64,000 nucleotides of DNA from Thermodesulfobacteriota bacterium (GTDB taxonomy: Bacteria > Desulfobacterota_D > UBA1144 > Nemesobacterales > UBA2774), in NCBI GenBank assembly GCA_965223335.1, contig OZ244991.1, positions 1,728,001-1,792,000 of the forward strand, written 5' to 3'. Below the pieces are notes generated by a model. It was not told the DNA's origin and searched no databases. It saw nothing but the letters and a program-made list of their open reading frames with translations. A program made the translations under genes and the position numbers. Of this stretch, positions 43,497-51,742 are shown piece after piece; the first letter of the stretch is position 1; each line of letters begins with the position of its first letter.

Positions 43497-44405
43497 TTAG
43501 CTGTTATTAATATAGCTGGATAACTCATTTAGGATACGTTTCATATGATCACACTTGTTTAAGACATAAAAGTGAATACCGGGAGCTCCTTGCTCTAAAA
43601 GTTCTTTTGCCTGTGTAATGCACTGAGCAATACCTATCTCTCGAGCTTTATTGTCATCGTCCAACGCACCGTGGAGTTTAGTCTTAAGCTCCTTTGGGAT
43701 GGTCGAGCCACACATGGATGTTATTCTCTCGATTTGGCGGGTTGATAAAATAGGCATCAGTCCCGGCAAAATCGGCACGTCTATACCCGCTTTTCGTACT
43801 CTGTCTACGAATTCGAAGTAATAGGTGTTGTCAAAAAACAGTTGTGTGATCACAATATTAGCCCCCGATTCGACCTTTCGCTTTAGGTTCGTTACATCGG
43901 TGTCTAGGTCAGGGGCGTCGATGTGTCCCTCGGGGTATCCGGCCACCGCGATCCCAAAATGGTTGCTTATATTTAGCCTGTTCTCGAAACCCCGTATATG
44001 CTCTACGAGTTCGTTCCCATACGAGTAACCTTCCGCTTCAGGTGTAAACGAATCCCTCCCGCCAGGGGGGTCACCCCTTATTGCGACTATGTTTGATATC
44101 CCTGCATCATAGATGCGCTTAAGCATCTCATCCAGCATCTGTTTGGTAGACCCAACGCACGTCAGGTGGCATGCGGATTCCATTCTATAATCTTTTTTAA
44201 TAAGTGCAGCAATCTCAACGGTGTTATCCCTGGTAGTACCCATTGCCCCGTAAGTGACTGTGATGTAGTCCGGTGCTAAATCCACCAGCTCTGGGATTAA
44301 CTCGCTTCGGAGATTTTGCATTCCCTTATGGGTTTTAGGTGGGAAAATCTCAAAAGAAATTACTTTTTTGGTGTCTTTAGGTTTAAAATAATCTTGAAAT
44401 CTCAT
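43497..44405 (-). CDS. metF: Methylenetetrahydrofolate reductase
   Basis: SFEIFPPK, VTYGAMG, HLTC, RGDPP, TQLFFD, HFYVLN. Confidence 0.97.
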   Translation of the reverse strand: MRFQDYFKPKDTKKVISFEIFPPKTHKGMQNLRSELIPELVDLAPDYITVTYGAMGTTRDNTVEIAALIKKDYRMESACHLTCVGSTKQMLDEMLKRIYDAGISNIVAIRGDPPGGRDSFTPEAEGYSYGNELVEHIRGFENRLNISNHFGIAVAGYPEGHIDAPDLDTDVTNLKRKVESGANIVITQLFFDNTYYFEFVDRVRKAGIDVPILPGLMPILSTRQIERITSMCGSTIPKELKTKLHGALDDDNKAREIGIAQCITQAKELLEQGAPGIHFYVLNKCDHMKRILNELSSYINNS

Positions 44406-44535
44406 ATGAATAACTGTAGATCAGCAATTAATTTCCACTTAGTCTAAAGGTTTGTCAAATATTATAATAGTATATTGTTTCCGCATATACTAATGATGGT
44501 GGACCCGGCCTTGCAGATTCTAATCGTGGTGAGAC

Positions 44536-45180
44536 ATGACATTTAGAATGGACTTAAGATCACAGGTAAGTGCATTTAGACGATATATATTCACTCTGTC
44601 CGTATTTCTTTGTTTGTTGGGGTGTGGAGCAGCAAACGAGCTCTATAGCGAATTACCCGACCCCATAGGGGATGTTACAGAGTCCGACAGATATATTATC
44701 GGTCTTAAGTGGTACGAGTCAGGTGATTATGATATTGCCAGGAAGTTCTGGGCCCCTTTAGCCAAACAGGGGGACTGTGACGCCCAGTATGCACTTGGTT
44801 ATCTCTATTTTAGGGGACTCGGTGTGGGTAAGAGTCACAAAAAGGCTCTAGAACTCTGGGATAGATCAGCTAATCAGGGCAATGTACAGGCACAAACCAA
44901 TCTGGGCATAGCTTACTCTTGGCAAAAGATACGCAATTCGGCTTTGGACTGCACCAAGGGGTGTGGAAGCGATAAAGACCTTGTAGAGGCCTATAAGTGG
45001 TTTAAGATCGCCGAGAGCGGCGGTATACAACAAGAACAGGTTATAGCACGTCGACATCTAGAAAAAATACGCTATTTGATGAATATTGACCGTGTAAATA
45101 GCGGGGATTTAGTTGTATTAGAATGGAAACCCGAGGTTGTAGATTGTGGTAAAAGGGCAGTGCGAGTACTGGCCCATTAG
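44536..45180 (+). CDS. Sel1-repeat putative lipoprotein
   Basis: Hydrophobic segment ending LLGC; repeats AQYALGYLYFRGLGV, AQTNLGIAY, EAYKWFKIA. Confidence 0.85.
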   Translation: MTFRMDLRSQVSAFRRYIFTLSVFLCLLGCGAANELYSELPDPIGDVTESDRYIIGLKWYESGDYDIARKFWAPLAKQGDCDAQYALGYLYFRGLGVGKSHKKALELWDRSANQGNVQAQTNLGIAYSWQKIRNSALDCTKGCGSDKDLVEAYKWFKIAESGGIQQEQVIARRHLEKIRYLMNIDRVNSGDLVVLEWKPEVVDCGKRAVRVLAH

Positions 45181-45451
45181 TAATTTCATGTTTTCGATCC
45201 TTTTATAGGTGCTAAAAATAGCTGTAGCGGTTCTATTCATTACTAATTGTGATACAGATTACCCCGCTACAGATACAAGTATAGGGCTTACTGGTCCACT
45301 TGATACGGATACGACTACTTTCATATGGTTTTGTTGTATATTGCAATGAAAGCAAGCATTTAGATAATGCTTGCCTACTGAACCCATGTAACTTGCACAA
45401 ATTTCAATAAAAGTCGGCCCAGGGTCTATAATAATCCTGAAATAGGTATAT

Positions 45452-45470
45452 AATAATGAATTTGATTATC
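45452..45470. promoter_or_regulatory. Fur-like box 1
   Basis: AATAATGAATTTGATTATC, 14/19 match to GATAATGATAATCATTATC. Confidence 0.65.
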
Positions 45471-45476
45471 AATTTC

Positions 45477-45504
45477 TTGACATTGTTCGTGCGCATGCTA
45501 AGTT
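45477..45504 (+). promoter_or_regulatory. Sigma-70 promoter of the porin operon
   Basis: TTGACA (45477-45482), 16-bp spacer, TGc-TAAGTT extended -10; sits between the two Fur-like boxes. Confidence 0.55.
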
Positions 45505-45523
45505 GATAATGAAATCTATTATC
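45505..45523. promoter_or_regulatory. Fur-like box 2
   Basis: GATAATGAAATCTATTATC, 15/19 match, within the dyad TTGATAAT-N7-ATTATCAA. Confidence 0.75.
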
Positions 45524-45543
45524 AATATCTAGGAGGTTTAGTC

Positions 45544-46980
45544 TTGGAATTGTTTCGAACTATCTATACCTATAAGTATTTGGTGTTTTATTCTATATTT
45601 CTTCTTTTATTACTGCTTCCAGTGGATGTTAGAACACAGGAGACAGGCACTGAATCTCAGGATCAGAAGATAAAAGAGCTTGAGGAAAAGCTCCGGAGTG
45701 TTACCGAGGAGATCAATCAGCTAAAAAGCCAGGGCCTTCCGGAAGATAGACTCCTATCTATTGAAGAGAAACTTGGTATTCTAGCCGAAGAAATAGAGAA
45801 TATTAAATCAGCAGCTGTGGTTGAGGATCCGACATATGAACAGGTTTACGGCGCTGCGCCCGCAGCATCCAAGGTCTATTTAAAGGACAGGGGTTTATCC
45901 ATTGGGGGCTATGGAGAGCTTGTCATTGGACAGATCAAACATGGTAATGACGATGTGGTCGATGCCCAGAGGGTTGTACTATATTTCGGCTACAAGTTCA
46001 CTGATCGTATAATATTCAACTCGGAGATTGAGCTCGAACATGCAACGACTTCATCGAATGCAAACGGACAGTCTGGTTCTGTTTCAGTAGAATTTGCATT
46101 AATTGATTTCTTGTTAATGCCCGAGTTAAACCTTCGTGCGGGGATATTGCTCGCGCCATTCGGCATAGTAAATGAACTTCACGAGCCCACCACGTTTTTC
46201 GGTGTATTCAGACCCTCGGTCGAGAGGTTTATTATACCCACAACATGGCGCGAGAACGGTGCCGGGCTCTTCGGCGAGTTTGATCTCGGCTCTATGGGCA
46301 CCCTGTCATATAGGGCTTATGTGATGAACAGCTTTGATGCACGTGGATTCAAGGCATCTAACAACCGGGGGCTTAGAATAAAGGGTAACAGGGCCCTATT
46401 TAATGACGTTGCATTTGTAAGCAGAATTGAGTACGATCCGATCCCATATTTGGCATTTGGTGGATCTATCTTCTTGGGTAACACGGGGCAAGACCAGACC
46501 ATAAACGACCCCGACTCACCGTTTAACGGACAATCGTTCAGCGGGTTTTTCCAGATGTACGAAGCCGATGTGCAAGCCGAGTATAAAGGTTTTGAGGGAA
46601 GGGGGCTTGTGGTTTATACGACTCTGGGTGATTCTGCGGAGGTAAATGCACTAAATGGATTGGAAGGCGACGCTTCGGTAGGCAGTAGGCAGTGGGGTTA
46701 CTACCTAGTGGGCGGGTTCAATGTGCTGTCGTTGGCAAGCACTCCTAACCAGTACTTCCAATACCTGGCACCATTTGTGAGGTGGGAGCAGTTTGACACT
46801 CAGGCTCGTGTGCCGACCGGGTTTAGCCGCAATCCCGCAAATGACAGGTCACAGTTTACAGTGGGGTTAAACTACAAACCGTTACCCAATGTAGTAATAA
46901 AATCAGAGTATCAATGGCTTGACAATAAAGCAAACGACGCAGATAAGCAGTTTAACTTTGGGCTCGGCTATGTGTTTTAA
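45544..46980 (+). CDS. Outer-membrane beta-barrel porin (OprO/P-like superfamily) with N-terminal coiled coil
   Basis: AGGAGG RBS plus TTG; signal peptide; coiled coil QKIKELEEKLRSVTEEINQLK; SEIELEHA, HEPTTF, IIPTTWRENG; C-terminal FGLGYVF beta-signal. Confidence 0.82.
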   Translation: MELFRTIYTYKYLVFYSIFLLLLLLPVDVRTQETGTESQDQKIKELEEKLRSVTEEINQLKSQGLPEDRLLSIEEKLGILAEEIENIKSAAVVEDPTYEQVYGAAPAASKVYLKDRGLSIGGYGELVIGQIKHGNDDVVDAQRVVLYFGYKFTDRIIFNSEIELEHATTSSNANGQSGSVSVEFALIDFLLMPELNLRAGILLAPFGIVNELHEPTTFFGVFRPSVERFIIPTTWRENGAGLFGEFDLGSMGTLSYRAYVMNSFDARGFKASNNRGLRIKGNRALFNDVAFVSRIEYDPIPYLAFGGSIFLGNTGQDQTINDPDSPFNGQSFSGFFQMYEADVQAEYKGFEGRGLVVYTTLGDSAEVNALNGLEGDASVGSRQWGYYLVGGFNVLSLASTPNQYFQYLAPFVRWEQFDTQARVPTGFSRNPANDRSQFTVGLNYKPLPNVVIKSEYQWLDNKANDADKQFNFGLGYVF

Positions 46981-47035
46981 AACGCGCAGCCGTGGCAATG
47001 TAATGCTAATTAGTCATATGGGAGTAATTATATAT

Positions 47036-47611
47036 ATGCATATATATAAACCACTAATACTAGGGGCAGTTTTAGGCTCTTTTCTTTTAACCTCTTTGTT
47101 CCTTTTTGTTCCACAAACAAACTCCAAAGTCTTCCTAAAACGCGACGAAGCCCTTCGGGTTGCGTTCCCCGAAGCTGACCGAATCAATAAAACACAGGTG
47201 TTTTTATCCGAGGGTGATAAAAAACAGATTGAAACACTGGCCAGGACGAAGCTTGATTCTAAACTCTACGTGTTTTACGAGGGTATGAAGGATAATCGTT
47301 CGCTTGGTTACGCAATCATCGACACACATTACCTGCGGACTAAGTCGGAGACCGTTATGTTTGTGTTAAACCCCGATGGATCGCTAAGATTTGCCGAAGT
47401 TCTTGCATTTTTCGAACCCCCCGAGTACATGATGGGTGAAAACTGGGTCGAGCTTTTCTATGCTAAAGGACTTGATGATTCCCTGCAAGTTGGTAAAGAT
47501 ATACCAAATATCACAGGTGCAACGATCACATCTACCTCCTTTGCACGTGCAATGAGAAAGATCTTAGCGATTTTTCAGGTTGCTAGGAACGAAGGTAAGA
47601 TAGATGTATAG
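47036..47611 (+). CDS. Exported FMN-binding (flavinylation) domain protein
   Basis: N-terminal hydrophobic segment; ITGATIT fits the [S/T]GA[S/T] flavinylation motif (TGAT at 47513-47524); ATG after GGGAG (track start 46919 overlaps the porin). Confidence 0.82.
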   Translation: MHIYKPLILGAVLGSFLLTSLFLFVPQTNSKVFLKRDEALRVAFPEADRINKTQVFLSEGDKKQIETLARTKLDSKLYVFYEGMKDNRSLGYAIIDTHYLRTKSETVMFVLNPDGSLRFAEVLAFFEPPEYMMGENWVELFYAKGLDDSLQVGKDIPNITGATITSTSFARAMRKILAIFQVARNEGKIDV

Positions 47612-47623
47612 GAACTAACAAAT

Positions 47624-48103
47624 TTGCGGTTCTTTATCAGCAGCGACATACGAAAAAACACACTACTTAAGCTTATTATACTGTTTACAGTCCTGTTTTT
47701 TATATTTTTATGGCTGACTAACCTACTACTGTACCTACAGATCGGTTTTAGTTACGAATCGGTTGTAGAGTATTATCTGGGTTCAGAGGAAAGTTTTCGG
47801 TCCCCAAAGAGCTATTTAGGGCTTTTAGAGGAGGCTCATTTTCATTTTTTCTCTATGGCGATCATCCTTGTTACACTCAACCACCTCTTATTATTCACTA
47901 ATATTAGAAATTCATGGAAATTAGTTATTATTTTGGCGTCTTTCCTATCTGCATTCGGTGATATCGCAGGCGGGTGGTTAATACGCTATGTGAGCCCTGA
48001 ATTTGCGTATTTAAAGATAATTTCTGTCATTGTGCTACAGATTAGCCTTGCCGCTCTTATGGTGCTTGTAATTCGTTTTTTGTACCAAAACGATAGAAGT
48101 TGA
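47624..48103 (+). CDS. Hypothetical integral membrane protein (about 4 TM) with His72/His74/His87
   Basis: Four hydrophobic segments; EEAHFHFFSMAIILVTLNH; 12 bp after the preceding gene. Confidence 0.75.
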   Translation: MRFFISSDIRKNTLLKLIILFTVLFFIFLWLTNLLLYLQIGFSYESVVEYYLGSEESFRSPKSYLGLLEEAHFHFFSMAIILVTLNHLLLFTNIRNSWKLVIILASFLSAFGDIAGGWLIRYVSPEFAYLKIISVIVLQISLAALMVLVIRFLYQNDRS

Positions 48104-48215
48104 GCACTTTTTAACCACTTCCTGCAATATTATCCAATAATTGTTCTGAGTTAAGTCGAACGATCCTCAGTTACAACCATATTTATATCCCTCTATCAAG
48201 CATCAAAAATACTGA

Positions 48216-48245
48216 TGATATGACACAAATTGTAAGGTCATATCA
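48216..48245. promoter_or_regulatory. Inverted repeat, candidate enhancer (bEBP binding site)
   Basis: TGATATGAC-N12-GTCATATCA with perfect 9-bp arms, about 110-140 bp upstream of the sigma-54 site. Confidence 0.5.
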
Positions 48246-48353
48246 GCCAATTTTTGTTATTTTTGACTGTATTTAAATACACTATATTAGTGTCAAAGCA
48301 AAATATGTAATGATAGCAGTATGTTGCAAATATTGTTTGCAGACATCAAAAAC

Positions 48354-48369
48354 TGGCATGGTAGTTGCA
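48354..48369 (+). promoter_or_regulatory. Sigma-54 (RpoN) -24/-12 promoter
   Basis: TGGCATGGTAGTTGCA matches TGGCAY-N5-TTGCW with exact GG-N10-GC spacing. Confidence 0.8.
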
Positions 48370-48410
48370 TTATTGTAGAGCAATATGTTTAGTTAGTTGA
48401 GTAAAAAAAA

Positions 48411-48507
48411 CCAAATCGAAAAGGGCAAACCATTCGAAAGGATGGGACGCAAAGCCTTCGACCTAAGTGTTGACAACAACATACGGTGGCCGGGTTGCCG
48501 AAATTGG
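48411..48507 (+). ncRNA. Cyclic-di-GMP-I (GEMM) riboswitch
   Basis: AGGGCAAACCATTCGAAAGGATGGGACGCAAAGCC...CCTAA...GGTGGCCGGGTTGCCGA closely follows the Vibrio Vc2 aptamer as I recall it; GAAA tetraloop; G at the Vc2 G20-equivalent position. Confidence 0.93.
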
Positions 48508-48621
48508 GATCATGAAAGTTTAAAGTATTTGACCTTTCCTTAATTCCCAAAACGAGCGAAACGAGTTAGGCGAGTGTCTCCACAAATCGGATCAAGTAGC
48601 CCGGTAAATGGAGGCATTGAA

Positions 48622-50418
48622 ATGAGATTCACACCTAACACCTCAACGAGATCATTAGTAACAGGATTGATCTTAGTAGCATTAAGTTTTGTAAGTTTTG
48701 ACACTGCATTCGCAGGGACAACAGAACTCACACCCGTGGCAGATACATATGTAAATCAGGGTAAGGCTACAAAGAGCTATGGCTCAAGTAGCGAGGCAGC
48801 GGCTAAAGACCAGAAAAACAGAGATAAAGAAGTTCTGGTTAAATTTGATGTAAGTTCTTTAGGAGAGATTACTTCTGCTAAAGTAAAGTTATATGCAAAG
48901 AACAAAAAGGGTTCCAACAGAAGCGTTACAGCATATGCGATCAACGGCAGTTGGAATGAGTCGGTTACATGGAAGAACAAACCGTCCATGTCAACCAAGT
49001 CTTATGGTTCCGTTAAAGTTGACTCATCCGGCAAGTACTATGAGTGGGACGTAACAAGCCTGGTTAAAGACTGGGTAGCAGGTAACAAAACTAACCACGG
49101 TATCACACTTGTAGCCGATGGCGGAAACATCACATTCAGCACAAAAGAAAGCGGATCGAACAAACCTATGTTGGTTGTTTCGTCAGGCAGCACTGGCGGT
49201 GGTGAATCTGGTGAAGTAGCACCTTCTGAAACTGGAGTTTCTGATGCTCCTCTCGCTCCTGTAAACAAAAGAATCGTAGTTGTTGCACAGGACGGTAGCG
49301 GCAATTACACAAGCATTCAGAAAGCGATTGACAACTCGCGCCCCGGCGACACCATTCAGGTAAAAGACGGTGTGTATGTAGAAGCGCTTGATTTCAGGCA
49401 GAGTGGAACACGCGAAGAGCCGATTGCTTTGGTTAACTTCCCCGAGCACGCACCTGTAATCGATCCGGGTAACGGTCAGTATCCTCCATATGAGGGTAGT
49501 AAGCCAAAAGTGGAATTAAACGCAGAGTGGATCATCGTTGAGGGTTTCGAGATCAGATATGGCTGGGACGGTGTTAAGCTTTTCAAAGGGCACAACACAG
49601 TCAGGAACAACTGGATACACCACAACAGATATCAGGGTGTCCTAGTGTCTTCCGTAAATGATGTTCTCATAGAGGGCAACACTATCGAGTACAATGGTAC
49701 AGATGCAGGTGCTTGTTATCAGCCCGAGTGGGGTGGCGAGAGCCCGAAACACTGCCACGCTATCTATCTGAGTGATTACTTTTGCAACGGCATGACCAAT
49801 AACACAATCAGAATGAACGTACTTCGCAACGAAACAGGCGCAGGGATACTCATGAACGGTTTCGGCTGCGAGACAAAAATCACAAACACACAGATAGAGA
49901 ACAACATTATCGAGAATAACTCTTGGGGTATGTCTCTATACCATAACGCCGAAGACAACAATATAAACAACAACACATTCATCTCAGAAGAGCACCTGAA
50001 CCCCGACGTTTCCCACGACTTCATACTCATATACAAGAGCAAACACAACGTATTCACAAACAACATCTTCTACACAACTGACCCCGAAGTATCCGGTCTC
50101 AGAGGGTACACGGCAGAAACAGATCTAAACGTATTCGATTACAACGTGTGGAACGTAAAGAGAGACTGGTGGTACTGGAACGGAGAGGGCAGAAATGACT
50201 TCCGTTCGAAATACCAGAGCGTCTCTGGTGATGTAAACGGTCTTTGCTGTGGACATGATCCAAAGTTCATGGATATCGAGAACAAGGACTACCACATAGC
50301 AGCCGACTCCCCGGCTAGGGACAGAGGAATAAATGAACTATGCTCTAACTCGGATATGGACGGCGACGATAGACTAAGCGACCCCGTATGTGACGCAGGC
50401 GCTGATGAGGTAATGTAA
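48622..50418 (+). CDS. Secreted protein: DNRLRE/CBM96-like domain + right-handed beta-helix + choice-of-anchor-Q-like C-terminus
   Basis: Signal peptide ending AFA; ADTYV...KFDVSSL...WNESVTW...WDVTSLV...FSTKE..KPMLVV; YTSIQKAID..PGDTIQVKDGVY; Asn-rich repeats; DSPARDRG...CDAGADE; ATG after GGAGG (track start 48574). Confidence 0.82.
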   Translation: MRFTPNTSTRSLVTGLILVALSFVSFDTAFAGTTELTPVADTYVNQGKATKSYGSSSEAAAKDQKNRDKEVLVKFDVSSLGEITSAKVKLYAKNKKGSNRSVTAYAINGSWNESVTWKNKPSMSTKSYGSVKVDSSGKYYEWDVTSLVKDWVAGNKTNHGITLVADGGNITFSTKESGSNKPMLVVSSGSTGGGESGEVAPSETGVSDAPLAPVNKRIVVVAQDGSGNYTSIQKAIDNSRPGDTIQVKDGVYVEALDFRQSGTREEPIALVNFPEHAPVIDPGNGQYPPYEGSKPKVELNAEWIIVEGFEIRYGWDGVKLFKGHNTVRNNWIHHNRYQGVLVSSVNDVLIEGNTIEYNGTDAGACYQPEWGGESPKHCHAIYLSDYFCNGMTNNTIRMNVLRNETGAGILMNGFGCETKITNTQIENNIIENNSWGMSLYHNAEDNNINNNTFISEEHLNPDVSHDFILIYKSKHNVFTNNIFYTTDPEVSGLRGYTAETDLNVFDYNVWNVKRDWWYWNGEGRNDFRSKYQSVSGDVNGLCCGHDPKFMDIENKDYHIAADSPARDRGINELCSNSDMDGDDRLSDPVCDAGADEVM

Positions 50419-50450
50419 TTAAAATAAGATAGACATAAGTATAAACAGAT

Positions 50451-50490
50451 AAAGGGGGTTAAGATCCGGACGGTTCTTAACCCCCTTTTA
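50451..50490. terminator. Probable bidirectional intrinsic terminator
   Basis: AAAGGGGGTTAAGA-N10-TCTTAACCCCCTTT (14-bp arms) between convergent genes; right arm overlaps the glycosyltransferase stop. Confidence 0.75.
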
Positions 50491-51706
50491 TTATATCCAC
50501 AAGCTTGTCCACATTTTTAGACAGGCTAAATTTTTCATTCACCAACTGCCTGCCCTTTCGACCTAAACGTTTTCTCTCTGCTTTATCCCTATAGAGTGTT
50601 TCCAATGCAAAGGTAAGTGCTTTGGGGTCTTCGGGTTTTACCACGAGACCGGTTTCATTGTCGATCACCACCTCGGGTATGCCCGATATATCGGTTGATA
50701 CAACAGGGAGTTCCATTGCAAGGGCTTCGAGTATTACTGTTGGTATACCGTCAATGTCACCGTCTTCAGCAATTACACAGGGGAGTGCAAAACAGTCTGC
50801 AGCATTGTAATAATCTACAATTTTTTCTTGAGGAATGTCTTTATGGAACTCAACAGTATCGTCAAGCTTTAGATCGCGGCAAATATCAAAAATTACATTA
50901 TTGTAGGGACCATCTACATAGATTATTTGGCATTTAATCGGAATATTCTTATCCTTTAATATTTTTACAGCCTCAAGCAGGTAGTGAAAACCTTTTTTTT
51001 CTACCATTCTTCCTATGCTTAGTATTGTAAATGGTTGGTTTTTAGCAGTCTTTTGTGGATTAAATTGATTTAAATCTATACCTAAGTAGAGGACCTTGAT
51101 CTCCTCAGGATCCACACCCTTATATTTGTTTAGAATATATTTCTTGTTGAATTCGGAGATTGTGATTAAAGACTTGGATGCGTGGATCTTGTGCTCAAAT
51201 AGGTTGTCTGCTTTAAATATGTCCCATGCGTGTGTGGTAAATGTAAAATCCGATGAATTAATTGCGGCTACGATCCAGGCGCTTGTAGCGGGGATGGTAC
51301 CCCAATGTGCATGGATATTGGTTATTCCCATATTTTTTAGTTTTTCACTTATGAGTATTGATTTTGGGAAAATTGCCAACGTCTTTAATAGGGTTATTGG
51401 ATCATCTAAGTTCGAGATTATAATTTTTGATAGCAACCCAATAATAACTCTGGGTCTTGAGAAAAGTATTTTTAAAGTTGCTTTCAGTAGCTTGCTTGAA
51501 AAGATAAAAGGTATATAGTTTGTGGTTTGGTAAAGCTGCTTGGCATTTTCGTGCATAGCAGGGTCGGGGGATGGGGTTTTTAGTGAAAATACTTCTGCTT
51601 CTACATTTTTTTGCCTTAATTGATTGATCTCTCTGATTATGAATGTTTCACTGAATGCTGGGAAGAGTGACAGTATATATGCAATTCTTAGCTTTTGATC
51701 TTTCAT
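50477..51706 (-). CDS. GT4 glycosyltransferase (WcaL-like)
   Basis: FPAFSETFI, HAHW, THAWDIF, IGRMVEKKG, DGIPTVILEALA. Confidence 0.9.
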   Translation of the reverse strand: MKDQKLRIAYILSLFPAFSETFIIREINQLRQKNVEAEVFSLKTPSPDPAMHENAKQLYQTTNYIPFIFSSKLLKATLKILFSRPRVIIGLLSKIIISNLDDPITLLKTLAIFPKSILISEKLKNMGITNIHAHWGTIPATSAWIVAAINSSDFTFTTHAWDIFKADNLFEHKIHASKSLITISEFNKKYILNKYKGVDPEEIKVLYLGIDLNQFNPQKTAKNQPFTILSIGRMVEKKGFHYLLEAVKILKDKNIPIKCQIIYVDGPYNNVIFDICRDLKLDDTVEFHKDIPQEKIVDYYNAADCFALPCVIAEDGDIDGIPTVILEALAMELPVVSTDISGIPEVVIDNETGLVVKPEDPKALTFALETLYRDKAERKRLGRKGRQLVNEKFSLSKNVDKLVDIIKGG

Positions 51707-51742
51707 AGACTTGAATATGATTTTTCCAAAGTGAATAAGGCC

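Noticed and set aside
44406..44535. SAM riboswitch upstream of metF
   Set aside because: Spacer is short and AT-rich with no SAM-I or SAM-II core motifs visible
48411..48507. 3',3'-cGAMP (GEMM-Ib) riboswitch assignment
   Set aside because: The discriminating position reads G (AGGGCAAACC) as in c-di-GMP binders
49250..50418. AlgE/AlgG-type mannuronan epimerase call for the beta-helix domain
   Set aside because: The YG(F/I)DPH(D/E) catalytic motif is not present
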